A stretch of 64,000 nt of DNA. Source: a bacterium (GTDB lineage: Bacteria; UBA8248). Below, piece after piece: positions 48,431-57,718 of the stretch. The translations under genes were made by a program, and so were the position numbers. The DNA lies in the NCBI GenBank assembly GCA_965207065.1, contig OZ242260.1, positions 2,810,017 to 2,874,016 on the forward strand, given 5' to 3'. Under the pieces are notes generated by a model, which worked only from the letters and a program-made list of their open reading frames with translations, ran no database searches and had not been told where the DNA came from. Within the stretch, counting starts at the first letter, position 1, and the number at the start of each line of letters is the position of its first letter.

Positions 48431-48796
48431 TCAGTCCTGCTCCAGGAGGACGGCCAGCTTCTCCAGCGCTTCGCCCACCACGCGCGGCGGAGCCTGCGAC
48501 GCGAGGCGCGCCTTTCGCGCCCGCCAGTCGAGGCTCTTCACCTGATCGGCGAGCACCACGCCCGTAACGGGGCCATCGGCGGGGAGCGCCACCTCGAAGG
48601 GATAGCCCTTGGCTCTCGAAGTGACGGGACAGAGGAGCGCCAGACTGCTTTTCTCGTTATAGCTTCGCGGGCTGACGACCAGCGCGGGGCGGCGGCCCGC
48701 CTGCTCATGCCCCGCCTGGGGGGTGAAGGAGAGCCAGACGACGTCGCCCCTGCCCGGAACGTAGTCCGCGTCCGAAACCACCGGTCTCGCTACCAC
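48431..48796 (-). CDS. mazF: type II toxin, MazF/PemK family endoribonuclease
   Basis: PemK/MazF pattern (GDVVWLSFTPQAGHEQAGRRPALVVS, LCPVTS, VVLADQVKSLDWRARKA). Confidence 0.85.
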   Translation of the reverse strand: MVARPVVSDADYVPGRGDVVWLSFTPQAGHEQAGRRPALVVSPRSYNEKSSLALLCPVTSRAKGYPFEVALPADGPVTGVVLADQVKSLDWRARKARLASQAPPRVVGEALEKLAVLLEQD

Positions 48797-49029
48797 GCCT
48801 CAATGCCCTGCGCCGGGCCTGCGTCCTGTTCGGCGTGGAGGTTGTCCGCGTTCATCTCAGCGAGCATGTCGGCCAGCCGGTAGCCTCTCTTGCGCATCAC
48901 CACCCTGTCGCCGCGCGCGCTCATCTCGATGGCCGAACCCTCCCGGACGCCCCATTGCTCGGCGATGGGCTTCGGGATGCGGACGGCCAGGCTGTCGCCC
49001 CACTTTGCGATATGCGATTTCGCGCCCAT
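48790..49029 (-). CDS. mazE: type II antitoxin, MazE/AbrB-SpoVT family
   Basis: 79 aa with swapped-hairpin motif (AKWGDSLAVRIPKPIAEQWGVREGSAIEM); overlaps mazF start. Confidence 0.8.
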   Translation of the reverse strand: MGAKSHIAKWGDSLAVRIPKPIAEQWGVREGSAIEMSARGDRVVMRKRGYRLADMLAEMNADNLHAEQDAGPAQGIEAW

Positions 49030-49235
49030 GCGGTTATCCTCCTCTCAAATATTTATATCTATAATATATATCTATTTGAAGGTGGTGTCGAAGGGAAGGG
49101 ATTTCTTAATACTCACACCAGGCATGTTTGCAATTAATCCCCCCTTGATAAGCATCGACGACCGATATAATAGGTTTACGTTTATGTTCGGTATTCCGGC
49201 GCATGCCGGAATGAAGGTGAAGAACCGCGTCCGCC

Positions 49236-49307
49236 GTAGGGACAGGCCCCTGTGCCTGTCCGAAGCCTCTCTTCCGGCAAGGGACAACCACGGGGGGTTG
49301 TCCCTAC
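49236..49307. repeat. REP-like palindromes
   Basis: 49236-49263 identical to 7942-7968; second palindrome gggacaaccacggggggttgtccctac at 49281-49307. Confidence 0.5.
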
Positions 49308-49517
49308 TGCGAAAACCAAAACTCCTCTTTTCTTGGTCGAGTGTGACTAAAAGGAACCGCATATATGTAGCCTGTGGTCGGAAGGCGAAAAGGGAGGGTC
49401 GCATTATGTGTGTGACAACCCCGAGGAGGGGTTGCCACCTACATACGGTGTGGATATTTCAATCCCGGTCTCGATAATCAACTCTGGCGTCGGTCGACCC
49501 CATCGGCGCGCGCTGAA

Positions 49518-50252
49518 TTATCCGCGTGTTTTGTCCGTGCTGAAAGCTCCAGGCATTTCGTCCCACGTCCTGTCGTCCAGCGTTCGGCCCGTCTTTTTCT
49601 TGAACACGCCGCCCCATTGCTTGAAGAAAAAGGGCGTACCGCTGTGCACGCAGTTGTCGCGAATCTCTCTCACCCAGTCCGGCTCCATAAGCCTTGCGCC
49701 CGGCCCGGATTCCCCGCCGACGATCACCCAGTCGATGCCTGTAAAGTCCAGGCCCGGCAAAGGACCCAGCAGGGGTTCGAGAGAGAGAAACTTCGTCCGG
49801 GCACCGGTTTCTCGGAGCGGCCCCAGACGTCCGAGCCATTTTTCGGATTCGATGCTCGCGCCGAGCCAGATGTTGGGCGTCCAGTTCAACTTCCTGCCGA
49901 GCAGAGCGGCCCGGCCCGGGCGCTTGGTGAGCACCTGAAACGTGTGCCGGGTCGAGCGGTTCATCACGTCGAAAACGGACTCGATGAAACCGGACGGCAC
50001 CGATTGATGAAACAGATCGGACATGGAGTTGACGAATACGAGGCGCGGTTTCTTCCATCTCAGGGGTTCATCGAGAGAGGACTCGTGGGTGGCGAGGGAG
50101 AACCCGTTCTTGTACTTCTCGACTCCCATACTTTGGAGCCGTTTCGACATTCTCTCGGCGTAGCAGTGCTTGCATCCGGGGCTGATCTTCGTGCAGCCGG
50201 TCACCGGGTTCCAGGTCATCTCGGTCCACTCGATGCTGGAAATCGTCGACAT
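49518..50252 (-). CDS. phage Gp37/Gp68 family protein (DUF5131)
   Basis: N-terminal [27 protein letters not shown] Cys motif characteristic of that family. Confidence 0.75.
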   Translation of the reverse strand: MSTISSIEWTEMTWNPVTGCTKISPGCKHCYAERMSKRLQSMGVEKYKNGFSLATHESSLDEPLRWKKPRLVFVNSMSDLFHQSVPSGFIESVFDVMNRSTRHTFQVLTKRPGRAALLGRKLNWTPNIWLGASIESEKWLGRLGPLRETGARTKFLSLEPLLGPLPGLDFTGIDWVIVGGESGPGARLMEPDWVREIRDNCVHSGTPFFFKQWGGVFKKKTGRTLDDRTWDEMPGAFSTDKTRG

Positions 50253-50494
50253 GGCTAGATGTGCTCCAGTACGTGCTTTGCAATCCGAGTAGCTGGCTTG
50301 ATTCCTCTAGGATTGCCTACGCAAAATAAAAAAACAAACAACGCCGAATTCTTGGAATTTCTGAAAGTCCGGGAATTATTGAGAAACCGGTCTCCAAAGA
50401 GGTGTTCAAGGTTTCTCTTGTAGATGGAGATAAGGTTGTCTGTTTGACTCTTACGACGGGCTCATTTGATCTTAAGGGCTTATCAATGAACCAA

Positions 50495-50911
50495 TCAAAT
50501 ACTGAGAATGAATTCATCCTTGTACATGGTAAAATGAACTTCCGAAAGAAAATCCATGCCAAGCAATACATCAAAATTTTCAGGCTGGAACGGAAGTAGG
50601 GAAACTTCAATTTCCTTGCCTCGTAGATTGAGCCATGCTCCGGCTCCTCCCCCCGACGCCTCTATTTGATCTCCAATCGGGATGTCGACCTTGACCCTGT
50701 ATTTTTCAGTTTGGATTGGATCCCCGCTGACGGGAATGATGTCGGTAAAACCGATGCTGGACAGTTTTCCTTCATCGACCACCTTCTGAGATATCATGGT
50801 GCCTTGCGCACCCGTATCCAGTATCGCCGGATAGGATTTAGGCTCGGTCCGCGCCGATGGCGGGCTCCCGATCGAAATGGCGACAAACAGGCGGATTTCC
50901 CTGTTTTCCAC
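50495..50911 (-). CDS. retropepsin-like (clan AA) aspartic protease
   Basis: 138 aa with active-site LDTGAQ in a pepsin-like half-barrel-length protein; lower-GC segment. Confidence 0.7.
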   Translation of the reverse strand: MENREIRLFVAISIGSPPSARTEPKSYPAILDTGAQGTMISQKVVDEGKLSSIGFTDIIPVSGDPIQTEKYRVKVDIPIGDQIEASGGGAGAWLNLRGKEIEVSLLPFQPENFDVLLGMDFLSEVHFTMYKDEFILSI

Positions 50912-50949
50912 TCGACCCCGGAATGTAGGGATTTAGAGTTTATTTGACT

Positions 50950-51225
50950 TCAGGATTTGGGTAGACACATGGTGAAAACGCCGAGAGATATTGGCGGTTC
51001 GCCAATTTTTTCAATCGAGAAATTACCGAGACCGAATTTCTCGCAGCCAATCGCATATGCGTCACCGCTATCGTCATATATTTCCACAACTTCCCCGTCA
51101 TGGAGCAATGCCGCCCTTCCGAAGTGTTCGGCCTCCATTTCTTCCTTTATGGCGTTGTACGCAGCTCGGTTCTTAACAAGCTGTGAGTTCATCTTCCTAC
51201 CCTCCCGCAAGTAGGCGAATATCAA
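50950..51225 (-). CDS. small hypothetical protein upstream of the retropepsin-like gene (possibly DUF5678-like)
   Basis: 91-aa ORF, same strand, 38 nt upstream of the protease gene; family assignment is from memory only. Confidence 0.4.
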   Translation of the reverse strand: MIFAYLREGRKMNSQLVKNRAAYNAIKEEMEAEHFGRAALLHDGEVVEIYDDSGDAYAIGCEKFGLGNFSIEKIGEPPISLGVFTMCLPKS

Positions 51226-51362
51226 TCCCTGAAGGATTGAAAATCATCGCATATTTTTAGCTGGAAGTTAACTCTATATTCACAGTTCATACTCCCACCT
51301 GGCAAGGACAAGTGATTATGCTTGTCCTTCAAGCGTAAAGCGGCACTGCTCCCGCCGGAAAT

Positions 51363-51643
51363 TCATTCCCGGAACAAATCGGAGTGCGAACCCGTGCGGA
51401 CGAGGCGCAACTCGTTTCCTCTGATGCGGTAGATCAAGAGCCAGTCCGGCTCGAAGTGGGCTTATTGGGATCCTCTCCATATTCCGCGCAGCGGATGATC
51501 GAGATTGCGCGCAGGCAGCGGCTCCTGGCGGATGAGCGAGTTGAGCAACTCCCGCAGTTTGGTGAGGTCTTTCCCTCGCCTCCGGGCTCTTCTCACGTCG
51601 CGCTTGAATTGCGATGAACCAGTACTTACAGACCCAAATCCTC
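51363..51643 (-). pseudogene. YafQ-like (RelE superfamily) toxin gene interrupted by an in-frame TAA
   Basis: Frame reads ...FKRDVRRARRRGKDLTKLRELLNSLIRQEPLPARNLDHPLRGIWRGSQ-stop-AHFEPDWLLIYRIRGNELRLVRTGSHSDLFRE; stop at 51462-51464. Confidence 0.5.
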
Positions 51644-51883
51644 GAACAACTCCTCGGCGCTGTCGAAGCGCTCCCCCTTGCCCTCGTCGAGTTCTTTCAT
51701 CGCCTTGCGGGTGGCGGGGTTCGGCGCGCGGACGACGAAGGGCAGCCTTCGCTCCTCCGCCACGCGCATCATGAGCAGGCGAATCGCATCCGATACCGAA
51801 AGGCCCATCGCGTTCAGCGCCTCCGTGGCACGGGCCTTGGTCTCGCTGTCGATTCGGGCGCGGACTACAGTATCCGTCGGCAT
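51626..51883 (-). CDS. type II antitoxin, RelB/DinJ family
   Basis: 85 aa with ribbon-helix-helix N-terminus (VVRARIDSETKARATEALNAMGLSVSDAIRLLMMRVA). Confidence 0.75.
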   Translation of the reverse strand: MPTDTVVRARIDSETKARATEALNAMGLSVSDAIRLLMMRVAEERRLPFVVRAPNPATRKAMKELDEGKGERFDSAEELFEDLGL

Positions 51884-52056
51884 TTGGCGTCCTCCTCTCG
51901 TGTAGCCTCATTGTAGCTACATCACCTCGTCCCCCATGTCAAGGGCAATTCCCTGTGGTTTTAGACTGAATCCCTCCCCCCGTTTGGCATCGGCGCGGAA
52001 CCTTGGTCTAATGGTCGCGGTTTTTTTCGTTGAGCGCCTTACCCGAAGGAGGAAGT

Positions 52057-53463
52057 ATGGCGGCGTATGACGTGGCGGTGATCGGAGGGGGGCCTGCGGG
52101 CTATGTGGCGGGCGTGCGCGTCGCGCAGAGCGGCGGAAGCTGCGTGGTCATCGAGCGCGACGAGCTGGGCGGCACCTGCCTGAACTGGGGCTGCATCCCC
52201 AGCAAGAGCTTAATCGCCGCCGCGGAAGTTTTGAGGAACATCAGGAACGCGGACGCCTACGGGGTCGAAGTCACGGGCGAGGTGCGCGCCGACCTCGCCG
52301 CCATGGTCGAGCGCAAGGACAAGATTGTCGCAGGCCTGGTGAAGGGAATCGGCGGGCTGTTCAGGGCCCACGGGGTGGACCACATGGCGGGCGACGCCGA
52401 GATTCTGGAGATGGGCAAGATTTCCGTGCGCGGAAAAGAAGGGGAACACGAGATAGTCGAGGCCGATAAGATCATCATCTGCACCGGTTCCCGGCCCGCG
52501 CAGATTCCCGCCTTTCCCATCGACGGCAATAAAATCATTTCTTCCGAGCAGGCCGTGCACCTGAAATATCTGCCCGAGCGGTTGCTCATCGTCGGCGCGG
52601 GCGTCATCGGCTGTGAGTTCGCGTGTCTCTATAAAGAGCTTGGCGCCAGGGTCGTCATGGTGGAGTTGCTCGACCGGGTCCTGCCGCTGGGTGATGAGGA
52701 TGTCTCGAAACTCATGGCGCGTGAATTAAGAAAACAGAAGATCAAGGTGCGCCTGAATGAGAAGTTAACGGGCGTCTCGCGCAAGGATGATGAGATGGTC
52801 GCGCAATTCGAGGGTTCGGACGAAGAAGAGCGCGCGGACCTCGTGCTCGTCTCCGTGGGCCGGACGATGAACACCGACGGCCTGGGTCTCGAGCGAATCG
52901 GCGTCGAACTCGGCCCGCGCGGCGAGATCAAGGTGAACGAGATGATGGAGACGAACGTGGCGGGAGTCTACGCGGCGGGCGACGTGGTGGGCGAGCCCAT
53001 GCTCGCGCACGTGGCCTCGGCGGAAGGGGTCGCTGCGGCGGAAAACGCCATGGGCGCGGAGATACGGATGGATTACCGCGCGATTCCGGCGGGCATCTTC
53101 ACGCATCCCGAGATCGGCGTCGTCGGCATGGCCGAACACGAGGCGGAGAAGGCGGGTCACGCGGTGCGCGTGGGCAAGTTCTCGGTTCGCGCTCTCGGCA
53201 AGGCGCAGGCCGAACGCGCGCTGGAAGGCGAGGTGAAGGTCATCGCCGACGCGGGGGATGACGCCATTCTGGGCGTGCACATCGTGGGCGCCCACGCCGC
53301 CGACATCGTGCACGAGGCCGCCGTCGCCATGCAGCACCGCGTAACCGCCTCCGACCTGGCCGGCACCATCCACTCCCACCCCACGCTTTCGGAAGCCGTC
53401 ATGGAGGCGGCATTGGACGTGCACGGCGAGGCCATCCACGCCCCGCCGAGGAAACGTTCATAA
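52057..53463 (+). CDS. lpdA: dihydrolipoyl dehydrogenase
   Basis: FAD motif VIGGGPAGY, redox-active disulfide GGTCLNWGCIPSK, NAD motif and C-terminal interface His (HSHPTLSE). Confidence 0.9.
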   Translation: MAAYDVAVIGGGPAGYVAGVRVAQSGGSCVVIERDELGGTCLNWGCIPSKSLIAAAEVLRNIRNADAYGVEVTGEVRADLAAMVERKDKIVAGLVKGIGGLFRAHGVDHMAGDAEILEMGKISVRGKEGEHEIVEADKIIICTGSRPAQIPAFPIDGNKIISSEQAVHLKYLPERLLIVGAGVIGCEFACLYKELGARVVMVELLDRVLPLGDEDVSKLMARELRKQKIKVRLNEKLTGVSRKDDEMVAQFEGSDEEERADLVLVSVGRTMNTDGLGLERIGVELGPRGEIKVNEMMETNVAGVYAAGDVVGEPMLAHVASAEGVAAAENAMGAEIRMDYRAIPAGIFTHPEIGVVGMAEHEAEKAGHAVRVGKFSVRALGKAQAERALEGEVKVIADAGDDAILGVHIVGAHAADIVHEAAVAMQHRVTASDLAGTIHSHPTLSEAVMEAALDVHGEAIHAPPRKRS

Positions 53464-53549
53464 GGGGTTGTTGACCCTCCCCCGAATCGGAAGTGTTCAC
53501 CGTCATTCCGGTGTCGGTCCCGACTGAAGAAGGGGGGCTGCGGAATCTT

Positions 53550-53577
53550 GTAGGGACAGGTCGCGACCTGTCCCTAC
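53550..53577. repeat. REP-like perfect palindrome gtagggacaggtcgcgacctgtccctac
   Basis: Same core as 21918-21941 (ggacaggtcgcgacctgtccctac); further palindromes follow to about 53720. Confidence 0.5.
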
Positions 53578-53944
53578 GGGTAATAAAGTGACTCGGCGTA
53601 TGCAGTTGACCGGGGAAAGAGGAGACAACATTCCTCCCTTGTAGAGCACTCAACAACCACTCCCCCCTTGAGGGGGTCGGGCTTCCCGAGGGGAAAGCCC
53701 GACAGAGGCCGAGTCCTTTGGACGAAGGCCGATGTGGTGGGGGGTGACTCGCGTTAATTGTGCATTCCGAATCATACCCCCCACCGACTCGCTTTCGGGC
53801 TTGCGCCCTCAGCTCTTCGTCGGTCTACCCGAGGAGGATAGACCGACCCTCAAGGGGGGAGTGAAATTTAGCGCGCTCCTTTTGTGGACTTTTTCAACAA
53901 CCCCTATAGAGGCCCTCGAAACAGCTTGGCGGATTCCGTGGCGG

Positions 53945-54925
53945 CTAATACGGCACGTCGATGAGCATTCCATCGCCGGAGCGCATGTCTTCTTCCAATA
54001 GCTCGCGCATCGCCCTGGTCACCGGGCCGGGCTTTCCGTCCCCGATGACCTGATCGTCCCACTGCACCACGGGGGCGACGTATATCGAGCTACCGATCAG
54101 CATCATCTCGGCGGACGCCTTGGCCTCGGCCACGGGAATGTCGTCCACCACCACGTCTTTGATGACGCCTTGATCCACGAGTCGGCTCGCGAGTTCTAAA
54201 AGCCGCTTCACCGTGCAGCCCGAAAGAATGTTCTCGAACCTGGGATGCCGCAGTACGCCGTCCGCCGTCACGAAGGCGCAGTTCATGTTCGAGCCCTCGC
54301 CTACGTTCCCCGCCTCGTCCACGAAGATGCCGTTGTCGAGGCCGTGTTCCTTCGCCTCCATCTGCATGAGGGTGTTGGGCAGGTAGTTCGTGCTCTTGGT
54401 GACCGCGTAGAGCGGCGGCTTGATGGGGTAGGTGGTCGTCATCACGCGCATTCCCTCGGCGTAGTAGCGCTCGGGGTAGTCGAGGCCGCCGAAGATCATC
54501 ACGAAAAAGGCGGGCTTGGCGTCGCCTGCGGGTATCAGCCCCAGGTTGCCGGTGCCGGAAGAAGCCCAGTAGCGGATCGAGCCCTCGCGGCGGCCTGAGA
54601 GCGCGCTCGTGCGGATGACGATCTCGCGCATCTCCTCGCGGCTCGGGAGTTCGAGCTTGGAAGCCTCCGCTGAGCGGATGAAGCGGTCCAGGTGGTTCTC
54701 CAGGTCGTAGATCTTCCCCTCGATGATGGCCGCCGTGTCGAAGATGCCGTGACCCCGGTGGACCATGTGGTCGTCGAAGGGGATGACCATCAGGTCGGGG
54801 TCCGTCACCACGCCGCCCAGGTGGCTCGAGTAAAACGCCGAATAATCGACCTCCTGCGCCGCGCGCAGGTTCTTGAGACTATCGAGAACGTCCTCTCTCG
54901 TGAGGGCGTTTATGCTTTCCGACAT
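53945..54925 (-). CDS. branched-chain amino acid aminotransferase (class IV aminotransferase)
   Basis: Class IV aminotransferase pattern; start set to MSESINALT with aaggaga RBS. Confidence 0.75.
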   Translation of the reverse strand: MSESINALTREDVLDSLKNLRAAQEVDYSAFYSSHLGGVVTDPDLMVIPFDDHMVHRGHGIFDTAAIIEGKIYDLENHLDRFIRSAEASKLELPSREEMREIVIRTSALSGRREGSIRYWASSGTGNLGLIPAGDAKPAFFVMIFGGLDYPERYYAEGMRVMTTTYPIKPPLYAVTKSTNYLPNTLMQMEAKEHGLDNGIFVDEAGNVGEGSNMNCAFVTADGVLRHPRFENILSGCTVKRLLELASRLVDQGVIKDVVVDDIPVAEAKASAEMMLIGSSIYVAPVVQWDDQVIGDGKPGPVTRAMRELLEEDMRSGDGMLIDVPY

Positions 54926-55103
54926 GGTCTTCTCCTTATGCCTTACAGCTTTACCCCGGAAATTCGGGAACCATTCTTTTGGATGAAACCTCATATCATT
55001 CGAATTTGTCCGCATGATGCCGTGTGGGTGATTTTCGGGCAAGGGCCTGCTACATTATCGCCCGGTTGGTTCGGGCAGATAGGGTGTGCTGGAGGCATGG
55101 TCG

Positions 55104-56246
55104 ATGCAGGACGATCTTTATTTGAACGACGAGCAGAAGATGGTGCGTCAGATGACGCGGGATTTCTGCGAGCGCGAGATCGCTCCCCGGGCGTCGGAGA
55201 TAGACGAGGGCCGCTTCCCGGCGGAGGTCGTGAAGAGCATGGGCGAACTCGGGCTGATGGGCCTCACCGTGCCGGATTCCTACGGCGGAGGGGGCGCGGA
55301 CCCCGTCTCGATGGCGCTGGCGACCGAAGAGGTTGCGGCCGCGTGTCCTTCGACGAGCGCGATTTTCGCCGCGCACAACTCGCTGGTCTGCGAGCCTGTC
55401 CATCGCTTCGGCAGCGAGGGGCAAAAAGAACAATTTCTGCGCGGCCTGGCGAGCGGTGTGTGCATCGGCGCATTCGCCCTGACGGAGCCGGGCGCGGGTT
55501 CGGACGCCGCCTCGCTCACCACCAGCGCCGTGCGCGAAGGGGACGCCTACCGCATCAACGGCGTCAAGCGCTTCATCACCAGCGGCAAGCAGTCGGGCCT
55601 GTGCCTTCTCTTCGCGGTGACCGATCGCGCCATGCGCCACAAGGGGCTGAGCGCCTTCCTGGTTCCGCGCGAATCCCGAGGCTTCGAGGTCGTGCGCAGC
55701 GAGGACAAGATGGGGATGCACGGCTGTTCGATATCAGAGCTTCGCTTCGACGCCGTGGAACTGCCCGAGGCGAACCGCATGGGGGAGGAGGGGCAGGGCT
55801 TCGAACTCGCGATGCGGATACTCGATTCGGGTCGTATCATCGTCGCAGCCCAGGGTCTGGGCTTCGCGCGGGCGTGTCTCGACGCCTCGGTGGCCTATGC
55901 GCGCGAGCGCGAGACGTTCGGCGTCCCGATCAAGGATCACCAGCCTGTTGCGTGGAAGCTCGCTGACATGGCCACGCGCGTCCACGGCGCGCGTCTGCTC
56001 ACCATGAAGGCGGCGCGGCTCAAGGCGGCTGGCGCGCCCTATTCGGCCGAAGCCTCTATCGCCAAGGTGTTCGCCACCGACGCCGCCCAGCGTAACGCGG
56101 AAGAAGGCGTTCAACTCCACGGGGGCAACGGCTACATGCGCGAGTATCCCGTGGAGCGCTTCTACCGGGCTTCGAAGGTGACGCAGATCTACGAGGGCAC
56201 GAACGAGATACTCCGTCAGGTCATCGCCAAGCACCTGCTCAACTGA
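55104..56246 (+). CDS. acyl-CoA dehydrogenase
   Basis: ACAD motifs (FALTEPGAGSDAAS, QIYEGTNEI); start set to ATG 55104 after ggagg. Confidence 0.85.
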   Translation: MQDDLYLNDEQKMVRQMTRDFCEREIAPRASEIDEGRFPAEVVKSMGELGLMGLTVPDSYGGGGADPVSMALATEEVAAACPSTSAIFAAHNSLVCEPVHRFGSEGQKEQFLRGLASGVCIGAFALTEPGAGSDAASLTTSAVREGDAYRINGVKRFITSGKQSGLCLLFAVTDRAMRHKGLSAFLVPRESRGFEVVRSEDKMGMHGCSISELRFDAVELPEANRMGEEGQGFELAMRILDSGRIIVAAQGLGFARACLDASVAYARERETFGVPIKDHQPVAWKLADMATRVHGARLLTMKAARLKAAGAPYSAEASIAKVFATDAAQRNAEEGVQLHGGNGYMREYPVERFYRASKVTQIYEGTNEILRQVIAKHLLN

Positions 56247-56300
56247 AAAGAAACCCGCCCGCCGCCCATTATCGAGTAACATTCAAGTAAGAAACTGTTT

Positions 56301-56364
56301 TGTCGCTCACGTATGAACGACAAAGCTGTTTGTCGCTCACTTTTGGGCTAAAGTGAGCGACAAG
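56301..56364. repeat. direct repeat + hairpin upstream of fic (copy 1)
   Basis: gctcacgtatgaacgacaaagctgtttgtcgctca (56306-56340) repeated at 57611-57646 with one mismatch; 11-bp-stem hairpin ttgtcgctcac/gtgagcgacaa. Confidence 0.5.
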
Positions 56365-56437
56365 AGCATCGTCGATTTCATTTTCAAGAGAGAAATTGTA
56401 ACATTAAGGGCTAGTTCCGGGGTGACTGAGTGCTTTT

Positions 56438-57610
56438 TTGCGCGTTGACAGTCATCATCATTCACCAATGTATAAAGAGTTTTGGAGAGGACTGATGCCT
56501 CCGGTTCATTACCACGAAGGGCGTTTCCCCCCGGAGAAAAGCCTCGATTGGGGAGCGCTGGCACCGTTACTCGGCCCGGCGGCTGCGGCTCTGGCGCGCT
56601 ACGACGAGATACTCAACGTCGTTCGTAACCCCGAATTATTGCTTGCGCCCTTGACTACCCAGGAGGCGGTGCTCTCCTCGCGCATCGAGGGCACCCAGGC
56701 CACCATGGGTGAGGTATTGGAGTTCGAGGCGGGGCAGGAGGTGGACTCTCCCGAGCGTCGTGACGACATTGAAGAAGTACGCAACTACCGCACCTCGATG
56801 AGAGAGGCGGAGGAGATGCTCACCGCACTCCCGCTGTCCTTAAGAGTCGTCCGAGAGGCGCATCGCGTATTGCTTTCCGGGGTGCGCGGGAGGAACAAAT
56901 CTCCCGGTGAGTATCGGCGTATCCCGAATTGGATCGGGCCGCCAGGGTGTTCCATCGATACCGCCAAGTTCGTGCCCATCGGGGCGGAGAAGCTCGACGA
57001 GGCCATGAGCGCATGGGAGCGCTATATCCACCAGGAAACGCCCGATCTGCTGGTGCAGGCGGCCGTCCTGCACGCTGAGTTCGAAGCCCTGCACCCTTTC
57101 CTGGACGGTAACGGTCGCCTGGGGCGGATGCTGGTTCCTTTGTTTCTATGGCAGCGCGGTCTCATCAGCCGTCCCATGTTCTACATCAGCGCCTATTTCG
57201 AGGCGCATCGCGATGCGTATTACAATGGGTTGCTCGCCGTCTCGCGCGACGACGATTGGACGGGTTGGTGCAAGTTTTTTCTCGAAGGAGTGCGAGTGCA
57301 GGCGGAGGACAATCTCGCCAAAGCCCGGGCCATTCTCGAGCTTTACGAGGACATGAAAATACGTGTAACGGAATTGACCCGCTCCCACTACGCCGTCCAC
57401 GCCCTGGACTGGATTTTCGAGCGTCCGATTTTCCGCAGCATTCATTTTGTGAACACGGCGGACATCCCTGAGCCGACGGCGCGCAGGGTGTTGCGAGTGC
57501 TTCGGGAAAATGAAATCCTGAATGTTGTCAGAACCGGGAAAGGCCGCCGCTCGACGATTCTGTCGTTTCCTGACTTGCTAAACATTGCGGAGCAAAGAAA
57601 GCTGTTTTAA
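56438..57610 (+). CDS. Fic family protein (AMPylase), class II with N-terminal inhibitory motif
   Basis: Fic active-site motif HPFLDGNGRLGR; N-terminal SSRIEG matches the (S/T)xxxE(G/N) inhibitory-helix motif. Confidence 0.85.
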   Translation: MRVDSHHHSPMYKEFWRGLMPPVHYHEGRFPPEKSLDWGALAPLLGPAAAALARYDEILNVVRNPELLLAPLTTQEAVLSSRIEGTQATMGEVLEFEAGQEVDSPERRDDIEEVRNYRTSMREAEEMLTALPLSLRVVREAHRVLLSGVRGRNKSPGEYRRIPNWIGPPGCSIDTAKFVPIGAEKLDEAMSAWERYIHQETPDLLVQAAVLHAEFEALHPFLDGNGRLGRMLVPLFLWQRGLISRPMFYISAYFEAHRDAYYNGLLAVSRDDDWTGWCKFFLEGVRVQAEDNLAKARAILELYEDMKIRVTELTRSHYAVHALDWIFERPIFRSIHFVNTADIPEPTARRVLRVLRENEILNVVRTGKGRRSTILSFPDLLNIAEQRKLF

Positions 57611-57646
57611 TGCTCACGTATGAACGACAAAGCCGTTTGTCGCTCA
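57611..57646. repeat. direct repeat downstream of fic (copy 2)
   Basis: Begins immediately after the fic stop codon; degenerate related copies continue to about 57690. Confidence 0.5.
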
Positions 57647-57718
57647 TTTATGGACGAAAATGATTGACAAAACCATTTGTTGTGCATTTATTAACGACAT
57701 ACGCATCTCCGCCCAGTC

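Noticed and set aside
50402-50599. Plus-strand ORF 50402..50599 (65 aa) in the AT-rich patch
   Set aside because: Overlaps the 3' end of the retropepsin-like gene on the opposite strand; K-rich translation with no motif; AT-rich DNA readily yields such ORFs.
49518-51300. Intact prophage
   Set aside because: Apart from the Gp37/Gp68-family gene there are no capsid, terminase, tail or integrase genes in the window; treated as an isolated phage-derived or defence-associated gene.
1446-51720. Apparent 1-nt disagreements between my manual base counts and the ORF-track coordinates (around 2221-2250 and 51600-51720)
   Set aside because: Most likely my counting or reading error, not biology; ORF-track coordinates are used for CDS, and hand-derived coordinates for tRNAs, repeats, hairpins and motifs should be taken as +/-2 nt.
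56301-57690. Integron cassette (attC-like sites flanking fic)
   Set aside because: No intI integrase or attI nearby; the repeats are direct rather than the imperfect inverted attC architecture; kept only as an unexplained repeat pair.
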